Of a DNA stretch of 64,000 nt, positions 24,555-37,637 are shown one piece after another. The stretch covers positions 71,062,287 to 71,126,286 of the forward strand of contig JARDVH010000031.1 in the NCBI GenBank assembly GCA_030324005.1, in the 5' to 3' direction. The position numbers were made by a program, and so were the translations under genes. The stretch's first letter is position 1; each line of letters opens with the position of its first letter. Under the pieces are notes generated by a model. That model made no database searches. It was not told the DNA's origin and saw only the letters and a list, made by a program, of their open reading frames with translations. Source of the DNA: Negaprion brevirostris (taxonomy: Eukaryota).

Positions 24555-25220
24555 ATTCCCAACTATGCCAAGGAGTTCTAAAGCAGCTGCCACTTAAACT
24601 TTTTGGTTCATGGACAATGATGCTGAAACTTACCATAATATTACAGCAATAGAACTGTTAGAGTTATCTTCCTAAATAGACTCAAAGAATGTTGCGACAA
24701 AAAAGCAAATCATTTGGTCCATTGAGTTGTTTTTTTCTCCATGCACCTCTCGGATTAATTGTACCCTTTCGTTTGTTACTCTTTTTTTTTTGGAAGCGAA
24801 ATCCAAGCTGTAGAAAATATAACTACTTGGTAGCAGAACAACAATACAGGCCTAATTTTTTAGTTAACTGAGGCTTAACTATCTGAAGGATGACCTGGCT
24901 GGGTGACAGGCAATTCTGCTTTGTGCATATGTTTACAGCACCAAACACAGAAGGGCTACTGTTAGGCATGTGAATTAGATAACTTCTGGAAAATGCTTTA
25001 ATTTCCTCTGTGTGCTGCTTTTAGCTCACTAGTTAATGCCATTGATTGTAATTTGTGTCTGTGCTACTTTTAACACTGTTGGGTTAGTGACAGTGCTAAG
25101 GTAATGCAGACAATAAATGAATGTGGATGGAAGGAAATTAAACATTTTGGCTTTATGCTGTATGCTATACTGTCAAGAAACATATCCAGAATTACAAACA
25201 AAAACAGGATTTAAGTGGAT

Positions 25221-25890
25221 TAAAAGCAAAATACTGCAGATGCTGGAATCTGAAACAAAACAGAAAATGCTGGAAAATCTTAGCAAGTCTGACGGCACCT
25301 GTGGAGAGAGAATAGAGCCAATGTTTAGATTAGTTTAGTTCAACAACTTCAGAGCATGAACTCTCCCCCTCTCCCTTCACCCCCTTTCCATTTGTTTCCT
25401 TATTTTCGTCTCAGTCATCCATTTTTATCACCCTTCTTTCTCACTTCTCCATTTCTCCATTCCTGCTCTCCTTTTTGCCCCACCGCCACCCACCCTCCCA
25501 CCCTCCACCCCCCGCTTTCAGGGCAGCTGCTTTAACTACCTATACCTTTCCTTTGCCACTCACTCATTCAGATCACTTAAATAAGCACTTTCCTCAGCCT
25601 TCTTCATTCTAATTTATATTCTTTTTGGCCTATTACAGCACTGCCCCCACCCCCCTCACCTTCATAGTATAAATCTTTTCTGATTTTCTTTACTCTTAGC
25701 TCTGACGAAGGTTCATCCAGACTCAAAGCATCGACTGGAATTTGACTGGCACGCCCACCCCGGAATCGGAATTCTTCTGGGGCGGGATTTTATGAATCTT
25801 GCCCAAGCGAGGTCGGAAAATCCCAGCCATCAGCTCTACTCTCTCTCCACAGATGCTGTCAGATTTTCCAGCATTTTCTGTTTTTGATTT
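25221..25890. mobile_element. Penelope-like element (family A) with inverted terminal copies
   Basis: 25221-25355 (aaagcaaaatactgcagatgctgg...gtggagagag) is the reverse complement of 25690-25890; CTGACGA core at 25702; pyrimidine-rich interior. Inverted pseudo-LTRs are typical of Penelope elements. Confidence 0.75.
25733..25828. mobile_element. MITE (Harbinger-like), 96 bp, TSD ATC
   Basis: TIRs gactggaatttgac / ggaaaatcccagcc; ATC at 25730-32 and 25829-31. Confidence 0.8.
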
Positions 25891-26514
25891 AAATGGATTG
25901 TTCCACATATTCTGGTGAAGTTCCGTATCAGATTTTATCAATAAAAATAAACAGGTCTATTGTTAGAGCAATGACCCTGAATGGAGAGAAGCCTCTTTTG
26001 GGACACAAAAAGGAGTTTTACATTTGATATTTCCGACTAAGGAACCCATCTGATTGGAATCATTTGGATTCAGATTTCAAATTTGGCATCATTCTCTACT
26101 CTACGACTGATGATTCGCTTCTGCTGAAACCCATACAAAACATAACATTGCACCAACAATAGATCTGAATTGACTGTCAATGATATTATCCATTGAACAC
26201 TTTGTCATATTTGCATAATTTTCCCTTTTCATGATTCTATATTAACAGTATTATAAACAGATTTGAAACCCAAAGATACAGAAAAATATATGAATATGTT
26301 AATATTTTTCCATGAATGCTAGTGCCAATCATTTCTAGACTGCTGTCATACAATATCCTTATCAGGTAGAAATCCTCGTCCATGAACTTCATTGCCAAAT
26401 GCTCAAATACATACCTGTAACAATATTCTGCAAAAATCCACCTGTATTTAAATGGATTAAAGACTCCCTAAATTTCCCACAGCAATATGGAAGGGGGTGG
26501 GGTGGGGTGGGATT

Positions 26515-27000
26515 TCCCACTCCCATTTTCAGAGGGAAGCAATGGTGAAAAGATTGGAGCGTGAGTCCCAAAATGAGTTTTGTGCCAGTGGGATTTCCCC
26601 ACTCAATTGTCCGTGGTCCCTGAAAATGACGTAAGGGGAATTCCTGACTTTAGAAGTCGGGATCTCCATTTGCATTTATTTAACTATGCGTACCAGCAGT
26701 CTATTTCTGGTAGCCACCCAACACCCCCCCACCCCAACACTGAATTGGCCATCAGCCACCACGTGGAACAAGACTGGCCCCCATTACGTGCACCCAGTGT
26801 TCAGAATATGCTGGAGGTGCACAGGTGAGCACAGCCCCTGGGGTCGAGGGGGAGTGCGGATGTGGAGGAGAGGGTCATGCCCATGTTGTACCCTGGCGCT
26901 CCCCAGGCATCATGGCCCCCTGGCAATTTCAAGTTTTTATTTAACACTGGCACACCCACCAAAGTTGCTGGCCACCCTGCCAGTGTGATGTCATGGGAAA
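26515..27000. mobile_element. Non-autonomous DNA transposon remnant (Harbinger-like)
   Basis: Starts gggtgggatttccc; interior ctccatttgcat and tggcac repeats similar to 52090-52400. Confidence 0.45.
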
Positions 27001-28544
27001 CACTGCTTAATTTTTTTTTTACCAAGTTTTGAAAAATACAATAGGAAGAGCAAGGGTTGTGCAGGATGACAGGTGACCCTCTGCTTTTCCTGCCTGATGG
27101 CACACTTTGGGCAGAATTTTGGCATAGTGTAAATAAGTCCACCGTGTGATTAGATCTTCTAAAATATCATGATTCCACTTGGCCCAAATATAAGTGAAAT
27201 TACAAATTGGTCCAATTTTAAGAGTTTTATGTGATTGATAAGACAACAACTCTTTAAGTTGGGAAATGAGTTCAAAAGAGTCAGATGACCAACGTAGTAT
27301 AATTGAACTTTTCAGATCGCCATGATGATGCAGTGCTCTCCTGTTGGCATCTGAGAGCTGGGAGATGGTAGATAACAAAATAATAGGATGATAAACTGCA
27401 AAACCAACAGCAAGACAAACTGCAGCAAAAAAAGGAAATGGAAGGGGGAAGTGAGAGTAGGGCAAGAAACAAAAAAAAACTCACAAAAAGGAGAAACAGA
27501 ATATCAATGTAGAAGGAATGACAGAATGAAGGCAGGGAAACAGAAAACAACTAGAGACAGGATCCCTTGGATGAGATCCTCTCTGTACAATGTTTTCTCA
27601 TCATAAACTTGCATGGATTATCTCTCTCTCTCTTTTACTGATAGATACTTCTTCCTCTCAATAACTTTATTAAGAGTATCATGTATCAGTAATTGCTGCA
27701 AGTATAATTTGGTGCAATCACCTGATTCTTTAATTTGAAAACAGCAACAAAAATATTCGAGCATCAGTTGAGTAACTTTATGTAAAAAAGACATCAGTAA
27801 AGTGAATTCAAGTTCATATAAATCCAACAAGTTTTTTTTATCGATAGCAATTTCTGCACCATTCTGACCACCTATATATATGGTTGCATTATAAATATTA
27901 TGGATAATTCTAAAATCTAATCCATATCTTGAGGTGGAGAGAGAGCAAGTAACTTGTATAAGCAATAGCCTCATTAATAGTCTCAGTCATGGAAGATTTA
28001 AAAGGTGAAAGGCATAACCCACATGCGAAACTGTTGTCCGGACTGAAGACTGAGCCATGTCCAAATTAGGACAGCTTTATCTGCTGTGGTCTCATATACA
28101 GAAGTTTAACTAGCACTGCCTGACTGAAAATAGCTTTAAGAAACATCTGAGGGAGGTGATAATTTCATACAATTGTATTGAACTGGGCTTACGTTTATAA
28201 TTGGAAGCTTGGAAATGCCCCTGATCTCATTACTTTTGTTGCAAAGGATCTGTAGGTACTCAACAACAGCCATGTCATCAAGCATGATAAGCAGTCAATC
28301 ATAATGAAGAATTCTCACAGACAGCAAGAAAGGAAGTAAAATACATTGGTTGTCCTTCAATTTTTAAAAAAAATGCAGAAGGCAAAATAGGATTGGGCAT
28401 TCATGTTAGAAATATTATCAACAAACCTTCAGAATCATTATTTTATTATAATGAAGAAAGCTATGGCATTTGGACCTTAATGAAAAAGTTTGACAGCGTG
28501 CAAAGATCAATGATTTCTGTAGGGCCAAAGAGGCTGTAAACCAC

Positions 28545-28902
28545 CTAAAAGGACAAAGGTAGCAGATGCATGTCAGCACCGTCGCCTACAAGTTCCCCTT
28601 GAATTCAGGCACACCACACTGATTTGGAACTGTTTCTTTCTTCACTGTTGTTGGATTAAAATCCAGTTGGTACCTGCAACAAACGGGCTGCAGNNNNNNN
28701 NNNNNNNNNNNNNNNNNNNNNNNNNNNNNNNNNNNNNNNNNNNNNNNNNNNNNNNNNNNNNNNNNNNNNNNNNNNNNNNNNNNNNNNNNNNNNGCAATTC
28801 AAGAAGGTGGCTCATCATCACGGCGCCAAGGACAATTAGGGATTGACAACAAATGATGGTCTTACCAGCAACATCCACATGCCCTGAAGGATTAATAAAA
28901 AA
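28545..28902 (+). mobile_element. CR1/L2-group LINE 3' end
   Basis: aaggacaaaggtagcagatgcatg...ttcaagaaggtggctcatcatca...aattaggg...aataaaaaa, the reverse complement of the tail at 5656. Confidence 0.7.
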
Positions 28903-29180
28903 ATGTTTTGACTTTGTGTGCTGTTTAGAATCCAAATGAATTCCATTAATAATGTATAACATGTTAGAAGCTTCTGACAGATATCACCGTGTTGAATGGG
29001 AAGTTTTCATCAATTCAGTGATTTCTAAAGATGGTTCTTGATGGGGGACACCAGCAGCATACCCTGTGGAGCAGTAAGGAATCACTGACAGCAACTTTTG
29101 GATTCCTTCATTAGAATGTACATGTATGGATGCCAGGTTACTGTGAGTTTCACAAAACAATGGTGGAGAACACTAATAAA

Positions 29181-29350
29181 ATAAAAACATAATACTGAGG
29201 GCGCTGGAAATCTGAAATAGAAACAGAGAATGTGGTCTGGCAGGTCTGGCAGCATCCATGGACAGAGAAACAGAGGTAACATTTCAAGTTTGAATGACTT
29301 TTCTTCAGAGTGCAAAAGAGGTTAAAATTTGATGAATTTTATTCTTTTGA
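29181..29350 (-). mobile_element. Penelope-like terminus (family A), uninterrupted
   Basis: aatactg...gctggaaatctgaaatagaaacagagaatg...ggtctggcagcatc, homologous to 25221. Confidence 0.7.
29273..29312 (-). ncRNA. Minimal type I hammerhead ribozyme motif (Penelope-associated, stem I degenerate)
   Basis: CTGAAGA-a-aagt-cattcaa-actt-GAAA-t-GTT; the aagt/actt stem II pairs. This is the empty-site counterpart of 18830. Confidence 0.5.
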
Positions 29351-29712
29351 GATGAATGGAAATCCGATTGGAGAGAAGAGCAGAACTTCAGAACATTGAC
29401 AGTTTCNNNNNNNNNNNNNNTGCAAAATCTGGGCCAATATTGTATTTGAGCAAGTCCCAAATACCTCACATCAGAAATGTCTTTTAAAATCAGTGGGTTT
29501 TTGCATTTTCTCCAAAGTTACATTTGATGATGCTCCAAATTACAATTACAGTTAAAGCTGAATTCTCTAAGTCTTTCATTTCAATGATTACTTCACACAC
29601 AGGGTCTGATCTGGTCTGAATAAAAAATATCATCAAAAATTTTCTCCTATATATAAAGTCAATTCCAAAATATTTACAAAATATTCACCACAATCTTACT
29701 AGACTTTATGCC

Positions 29713-29891
29713 AATGGGATCTTATAGTTCCACTGATGGTGTACCCCTGCCATGGGTTTCTCAGCAGCGAGGGGTGTGTTCAATGGAAAACCTCAGAGAT
29801 ATCAGTGGGACCATAACTTCCCACTGTCAGTGAGCAATGCACTGCCTCCCATTGCCATGAAACACCATGTGGAAGGAGAGGAAAATCCCAC
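29713..29891. mobile_element. MITE (Harbinger-like), older
   Basis: Ends tgggatctt ... gaaaatcccac; internal caatggaaa motif. Confidence 0.55.
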
Positions 29892-29896
29892 TGATA

Positions 29897-29986
29897 GGGG
29901 AGAATTTTCTCATTCCATGGAAAGGTCCATTGACCTCAGATGGGATTTTCCAGTTTTGGGGTGAGCGTGGCAAGAAAATCTTGCCC
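29897..29986. mobile_element. MITE (Harbinger-like), 90 bp, TSD ATA
   Basis: TIRs ggggagaattttct / agaaaatcttgccc; ATA at 29894-96 and 29987-89. Confidence 0.8.
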
Positions 29987-31449
29987 ATAATGTCAGCCTG
30001 TCTTGCTCCATTGTGGAAAGTTCCACAATACCACTCCTACATCAAGAAAATGTTCTGCCTAACGATTCTTTGTAAATATCCTGCCCCAATCAACTCCTTT
30101 CAGTTGTATTAATCCTACTCAGCTATTGTGAATGTCATTGAGAATACTTGCACTAAACTACTGCCTTTAGTGTTTAGCAATGATTGATACTAAGTTGTGA
30201 TGGCTGAGTCACAGGCAATTTGTTTTTGTGATACCTTTGGACTGCACAATTGCCTTTACATCAATAAGGTAAAGACTATTTTGTGAGACCATTCTGCAAC
30301 TGGCAGTTTCAGCTACAATTACACATTTAAAGTTAACATTTACAGTAGAATTGCAATGTATGGTATAGTGAGATGATTTATATCACATTTTACACCTGAT
30401 TTGAGAAATTATCTTATAAATCATCACAATACTTTGTCTCGACACATTGGGATTAATATTATCCCATACAAGAGCAATATTATTGAAGGCTGCTGATACT
30501 CTATATAAAAAAACTCACACCACTGAAGACAGTCCTCAGGGGAGGGAGTTGGGGGGATACTAAAGAGTCAACAGGTTACAAATGCATCATACACACAGGT
30601 CTCATTACAAGGCTCTCAGCAGTAGCACTATCTATTTTAAAAGGCTACTGGACCTTNNNNNNNNNNGTGCTACATTTTATACAGTAATGGGACATTTGCT
30701 GCAATCCATCTCATTATAAGGGACAACATGTGTGTATTTTGAAGATCACATGATAATGAAAGTGCACTGCACTTAAGATAAAGATTTAGCCATTGGGTTT
30801 TGAAAAACTATTCCTCCTCAACTGGATTAAATATTTATAAAAAGCCTAGTGATAGCAGCTGGAGGTGCTTATCTTCCTTTCGATAGGGTGACCCTGCCTT
30901 TGGAAAGGAATCAGTGATAGTCATCTTTCCTCAATTCTTTCGAATTGAGGTTGTTCCTCGGTGACAATCTGGACTATTGAAGATTGGTATCAAATCTGTT
31001 TTTTCAGTAAATTTATGAATTCTACATCTTGAATCAACCAAACCTACATTATTCCAGCATACTGTTGGGTATACTGCCAGTCTGGCTCATCAATAGGATC
31101 GGGAGGAGTCACTGGGCACTGGAATTCGTGGCTTCAGTAGCCTTGGAAGGCAATGCTCAAATGCAAAGCTCATGGAGAGGTAAGATTCTGTTCAGAGATG
31201 TGCAGTTATAGTTAGTCAAATGCCAATGTACATCCGCCCCTTGTTATTCTGCACCAAAGTTCTCTGGAAACTTTAGCTTGGTCATTTTGGAGAGAGTGGG
31301 CACTTCTACTGGGCAATCAGAAATTATATTTGTGTGTGTTCCCAGTAGGTTTAGATGATGATTCTTAAGTATGGTTTTGGATTACATGGCATGTCAAATG
31401 CTTGAGTAACCCAAAACAAAATCCAATCAGTGAACTTCAGGCAATTTGC

Positions 31450-31820
31450 TTCCATTTGTAAGACGTTAGTTAGCTGGCCTCATCTGGAGTACTGTGTCCA
31501 GTCTTGGGTGCTAAATTTGGGAAAGGACGTGAAGACATTGGAGAGAGTACAAAGGAAATTCACAAGAATGATTCCAAGGATAAAGAACGGTAACTGTGAG
31601 GATAGACTGGGAAGGTTGGCTCTGTTTTCATTGGGGAAAAGGAGACTGAGAGGAGACTTGAGGTATTCTAGATCCTGAGGGCTACGGACAAGATAGATAG
31701 CGAGAAAGTCTTCCCACTCAAGACAATATCAAGAACTAGGTAAAATGCTCTTTCAGAGAGCCAATGCAGACTCAATAGGCCAAATGTTCTCCTTCTGCAC
31801 TGTAAAGATACTGTGATTTG
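31450..31820 (+). mobile_element. CR1 LINE 3' fragment
   Basis: ORF 31430-31678 reads PHLEYCVQSW...KDVKTLERVQRKFTRMIP...LFSLGKRRLRGDL; CR1 tail at about 31770-31820. Confidence 0.85.
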
Positions 31821-32319
31821 TAATAAAGCCCACACAGTATTAATGAACAGTTTGGCACGTTCTGTATTTACTTCAGAAAGCTCAAAATTTGAGTTCCAAG
31901 GTGAAACAGCCAAGATGAGAAGATGTGCAAATATACAAATGATGATTACCAATCAATGTAAATGAGATATGTACTTGTAAGTTGGCTGACGGTGATGATG
32001 GATATGTTTTGCCCTTCCCCAAGTTTCTGAATCATTAAACAAATGGGAAGATAAAAAGAATCTAGCCAATGTCACAGGGCATCTATATGTTTTGTTCATA
32101 ATCTCGGATCAAATGTTTTCTGAAAGTGCATATAGACAACATCTATTTGTCTACCATGTTAGCGATCTAATCAAAAAATTAAATCAGACTACTAGTCAAT
32201 CATCTAACATTTACAAATTCATGGAGTCTCCCTNNNNNNNNNNNNNNNNNNNNNNNNNNNNNNNNNNNNNNNNNNNNNNNNNNNNNNNNNNNNNNNNNNN
32301 NNNNNNNNNNNNNNNNNNA

Positions 32320-32990
32320 AGAAAATGGCTGCCCTCCAGCTATTTAATGCTCAATAGGGCATTAATTAGCTCAGGGAGAGAATTCACCTCCTCCCCGCCT
32401 CCCCACATCTGAGGTGAAAGTCCTAACTTAGACAGCTGCCAATCAGTCAGTCTGGCTTGTAGACCCAGCAGCTCCAGGTCAGAGTGCTGGTCACTGTTGA
32501 CACTCTTGGCAGTCCCTGAAGAAGAGGAATCTGTGGATAGCAAGGTAAATCTGGAGCAGCACCCGATGTGACAGGGAGGGATTGTGAGGGGGTGCTGAGA
32601 GTGAGAGGCTAGAGGGGGCAGGCTAACGGGGGTTGTATGATTTTGGAGGGAGGTGTTGCCTCTTATGAGCACTGGGGCCTCTCGAAGGAGACCATCCCTT
32701 TGCCCAACACCAGGTTGCACAGCTAGAACTGCCAGACTTCTGATGTGGTGTGGGCCTCCCCTCTGCTCTGTGTAAAATGGAGGGAGGGTGGGATAAAGCA
32801 TTTCAGTGGCCATGAATTGGCACTTAAGGGCCTTGATAGGCCCAAGGGTGCAATGCCGCCTGACACCTCCAGCATCCATTGTAAAATGAGGGTGTTGTTG
32901 GGTCAGGGTAGATAGTGGGGAGGTCATACACTGCACATTATGACTTCCTGCCTTCAAACCCTTTTGTGGGGGAGCATAAAATCCAATCCC
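32320..32990. mobile_element. Degenerate non-autonomous DNA transposon remnant
   Basis: GC-rich; right end cataaaatccaatcc is TIR-like; resembles 19880 and 55200. Confidence 0.45.
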
Positions 32991-33139
32991 TTAAATCTCC
33001 CAGATGATAAACTCCAGTAACTTTCCCATGACTGATTGAACTGACAGATCTGTCCATGTTTTCTAGTCTCTATTTTCTTACATAATGGAGTGATATTGTC
33101 CACCTCACAATCCAAAAGCACAATTCCCAAAATCTGGAA

Positions 33140-33270
33140 ATCATAGAATCATACAATGCAGATGGAGGCAATTGCATTGATAACAATCCCACCCAAGTCT
33201 TCTCCCCGTAACCTCATGCATCTACCTTGCTAGTCCCCTTGACACTACAGGCAATTTAACATGGCAAATT
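33140..33270 (-). mobile_element. HE1 V-SINE 3' part within old CR1 sequence
   Basis: catagaatcatacaatgcagatggaggc...acaatcccaccca...ggcaatttaacatggc. Confidence 0.65.
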
Positions 33271-33549
33271 ATAACTTAACGCAACTCTAATTTCCTCTAC
33301 TTGTTTCTTTAAACATCTGAGGGTGTGAATGATCAGAACCTGGAGATTTGTTCCTCTTAAGTCCCAATATTCTCTCCACTACCATTTTCCAGCATTAAAT
33401 CCAATATATTCGTCCCATTGACTAATTTTTAGGTTCCCTTTTAACACTTATATTTTGATCTCTTCATACGAAAATTGATGCAAAATGTTCACTTAAGAAG
33501 TCAGTCGTTTTGCCATGTCCTGTGTGAGTGGGAATAATAGAACTTTTCC

Positions 33550-33945
33550 AGCTTTGTCCTGCTTAATATGCCTATGACATGGTTGACCACGTCATCCCCC
33601 TCAACATCTCCACAGTCGCCCAACCCTCATGTGGCTCCATTCTTAGCTAATAATCGTAGCCAGAGAATGGTTTTACTTCCTGCTCCCATACCATAATCTT
33701 AGATGTGCCCCATGATAGAGTCTATCATTAAATCCCTCCGAGTTCTCATTACCTGCTGCTCATCAGTGACATTATCTAAAGGTTCAACATTAATTTTTGC
33801 ATGGTATGCTGATAACACTCAGATCCACCTCATCAACACTTCTCCCGACTCCTTCACTGTAATCCGACATCCAATGAGCAAAAATATCCTCCAAATAAAT
33901 ATTGTGAAGACTGCAACCATTGTTTTCAGCCTCCACACCAAACAC
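33550..33945 (+). mobile_element. L2 LINE RT fragment
   Basis: ORF 33703-34008 contains YADNTQIHL (YADDTQLYL) and LQINIVKTATIVF; DxVDH lies upstream. Confidence 0.7.
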
Positions 33946-35084
33946 TTAGGAAAGTTACTAGCTTTCATCAAACAGGTGTCAGGTGTTTTCGGAAGGGTAC
34001 CCAACTAAAATGTCAAAACATGTCTTTTCTGTTTTTGGAGATACCAATGTGGCAAATAGATTTATTCTACAAGTGTTCCAAGTTTTTTTTATATCTTAAG
34101 CTGCTTTAAACCATCCATTACTGTACAGGAACCGTGTGAAAAAAACAAACCTGAATTCTGTAAAAACTTATTGCCGCAATTCATTTGTCACTTTTTCAAA
34201 CCATATCACCTCACAAACCTGAGTGCCAGATACAGAAACACTGCTACCCAATTGATAGGTGTGAGATTCCAATGTATGAATGGATCTTTGTAACCTTTGA
34301 CTAACTCGCACAGATGAGTCACACCTCTTTAAGGTTGTTTGCATTCATTCTGCAATTTTTTGTTTCTTTATTTTGCAACTTCATTTCTTTTTAAAGAACT
34401 TTGATTAATATAGTATTGTAACAGGCTCAACCTTAACATAGTGCAGCAAATAGTATGGTGACTCAGGGTGATAGATAAAGCATTATAGCAAGGAACAGTT
34501 CTATTCTTTGCAGCAAGCACCAGAGCATTTGACGAGATTGGTCAACGCCATGGAGATTACGGCTGACAAAGTTGATCACACCTGAGGTTGACGCATGTGC
34601 TGAGCCACTGTTGGGACTTTTGCTTTGTCGCACCTCATGTCTGGAGGAAACACTGTGCAGGGCATCTTCACACTTTATCCTTCTCACTTCTGTTTCACCT
34701 AGCACACTCTGCATTGCAAACTGCAAGTGCTTTCAGCCATCACTCATCTGCTCTCCTTTTACACGAAAATATAAAACCCTCTGCCTTTCCTTCCTGGTAA
34801 TGAAAATGTTGGGGTCCCTGTTGCAGTGCCAGAAGGGGAGGCCATTCTTCTTGAAGGTGCAGCATCACTTGATCCAGCCTGAATTAGCATCAGTTCAACT
34901 ATTGGCCCATGTGTGCTTTAGTGACTCAGTGAGGGGCGGAGCATTCACCTAGTGAATCACTTGACACAAGTACACAGGAGCAAGNNNNNNNNNNNNNNNN
35001 NNNNNNNNNNNNNNNNNNNNNNNNNNNNNNNNNNNNNNNNNNNNNNNNNNNNNNNNNNNNNNNNNNNNNNNNNNNNNNNNNNNN

Positions 35085-35276
35085 GAAAGAAAATAATGCA
35101 TTCATATTGCACCCTTCCTGACCATTGAAGTGCTTTCCAGCTATTTAACTACTTTGGAGATGTGGGCCATGTTGCCATGTAAGAAATGCATCAGTTCATT
35201 TGTGCAGAGGAAGGCCCAATAAACAGCAACATGATAATGACCAGACAACACATTTTAGTGCTAAATATTGGCCAGG
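35085..35276 (-). mobile_element. DeuSINE 3' part
   Basis: tgcattcatattgcaccc...tttgtgcagaggaaggcccaataaacagcaac...aatgaccagac...aaatattggccagg. Confidence 0.65.
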
Positions 35277-36107
35277 GCCCTTGCTGATTATTAACCACAC
35301 AATTTGTTGTGTGGGTTTATCACACAGTGAGCCAGGCACTGTTGGCAGAACAATTTCAGGAAAGGACTCAGCAACCAGGTAACATACACTACCTGTCATT
35401 ATGGGTCCTTAGGCACTCATTTAATGGCTAAAAAACACGATTGTATTTCCAGGCTAATGTCTAGGAATCAGAAACTACGCTGACAACACATATTGATACG
35501 ACATAGATCACCAATACTGTCTTTTCACCAGTTTAATTCTTGTAGCCTATATTTGCACTTCAGTAACGATTTGCCAAATGGAAATGAGGCTACAAACAGT
35601 GTGTTGCCTGCTGAGATCTCAGCAGGCGTTCAAGTTGATTCAACTTTAGTCTCCTTCAGCTGAAGATTCTTAAAGCTTGCTATTTGGATCATCTGTTTGG
35701 ACATCATTTGACATGATTTTCCTTTCAAAGGGGCATACTAAATGGGAATATTAATGACAGGAAACTCTAAACTGGCCAAAAGCAAAATGTTTCTCTCTCA
35801 TCGCAAATGTAATATTTGAAAAGCCTATTCATCTGACACATGGCACGCACACATTATCCATATAATTCACTTACTGTAGGTCTAACTTATCCATTTAGAT
35901 ATGGAAAATAAGATGACATATCTGGGTCTAAATTCCTTTTGTACGAGCTAATAGCATCTTACTGTAATGCTTCAGGACCCCTTCCTGAAACTGGATTGCC
36001 CAAACGCAGCAGGCATCTGTTCGTCATTATTTGGTGTATTTGAGGTCTAATTAGAGGTCCTTAAATGCACTGTTGGAGGACACCATCTAAAGGTAAGCTT
36101 CTAGTAA

Positions 36108-36232
36108 AATTTGATTTGATTTATTATTGTCACGTGTATTGGGATGCATAAAAAGTATTGTTTCTTGCATGCTATATAGACAAAGCAGACAGTTCATAGA
36201 GTACCTAGGAAGAAGGAAGGAAAAGGGTGCAG
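36108..36232 (-). mobile_element. Rex1/Babar LINE 3' UTR
   Basis: (tttga)n + ttattattgtcacgtgtattggga...gtattgtttcttgcatgctata, homologous to 320-476. Confidence 0.75.
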
Positions 36233-37173
36233 AGCTGTGAAGTGCTCCACCCAGCTCCAAAGCAGTCACAATGACAGATGCCAGGCCTCACTTTATTCCC
36301 ACTCACCCAATGGCACCACCCCTCCTGATGGTAACCTAATCCCCAATTCTCCTCTTCAGTCCTCATAGCCCACCCCTCTTAAATATTCTTCTTTCTCTAG
36401 ATTGCTGCTTCACTCTCAATCAGCCCCTCATTTTCCTATTAATGGCTCCCTCCCATCAGCCCCTTGCATTCTGATGGGCCTCTCAATCCCTTTCACCCCC
36501 CTCTTCCTTCCTGGTGATGTCCTCTTCACTCCCAATCATTCCTCACTCTTATCCTGATAGTCTCTCCCATTATCTATTCCTGACTTATGCCTCTATTAGA
36601 GGCAGCTTGGAGTTAAATTCTTGGCTTTGAGGTAATTTGTCTTAAGCTATCTACGAATCCTGGAGCTTACTATCATCTGGTTAATAAATGATGCAAGAAA
36701 CCTTAGCAACACATATTATCCAGAAATAAATTTCCATGATGTGTTAACTTATACAGCCAGATTTTGCTAACAGATTTTTGAAAATGAGTTTAATAATTAG
36801 ATTGAAAATCTTGTCAAGAAACAAAACTGAAATAGCCATTAATAAGTGTCCCAGTATCCTACTCAATCTATATTATTCAAATGCTTCCTGCCAAAATATC
36901 CTCGGATCTCATTTATAAACTGGACCAAAAAAAAAATCACCAAATTCACTCAAATGGACAAGGATGCCAGAAACCAGATACGTAGGTTGTTAAAATATCA
37001 TGAATAGGCACAGAAAATAATCAAAATAACGAATAGAATGCTGACCTTTATATCCAGAAAACAAGAATACAAGGGAATGGAGGTTATATTTCAGCCATGT
37101 TAATCCCTGGTCAGACCTCATCTGAAGTATTGTGAGCAGTTATTAGTACCACATTCTGGAAAGAAAGGAGTTC

Positions 37174-37524
37174 TTTTTTTTATTATTCATTCATGGGACA
37201 TGGGCCCAGCTAGCTGACCCATCCATAGTTGCCCGAGGGCGGTTGAAAGTCAAGTACATTACTGTGGTTCTGGAGTCACATGTAGGCCAGACCAGGTAAG
37301 GAAGGCAGATCTCCTTCCCTAAAAGACATTAGTGAACAAGATGAGCATCTCCGACAATGGACGATGATTTCATGGTCATCAGTAGATTATTAATTCCAGG
37401 TTTTTTTTGTTGAATTCAAATTATACCATCTGCTGTGACCAGATTTGAACCTGGTTCCCCGGAACATTAGCTGAGTTTTTGGATTAATAGTGTAGTGATA
37501 ATATCACTAGGCCATCGCCTCCCC
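37174..37524 (-). mobile_element. SlmI/MetaSINE-like SINE, full length
   Basis: T-run tail, ccagaccaggtaaggaaggcagat core, tRNA-like head ending gccatcgcctcccc. Confidence 0.85.
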
Positions 37525-37637
37525 ATAAATGTTCAATGTAGTTTCTTCAGAATGATACCCGGACTTTAAGGGTTAAATTACAAAGTGGAGTTCGGAATTT
37601 AGGATGTTCAGGGGTGATTTGATTGAGGTTTTCCAAG

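Noticed and set aside
27019-27465. 148-aa minus-strand ORF with a plausible acceptor near 27357
   Set aside because: No recognisable domain, a low-complexity start and only a weak donor.
34463-34952. Overlapping ORFs of 87 and 126 aa in unique sequence
   Set aside because: No recognisable homology and no convincing splice boundaries.
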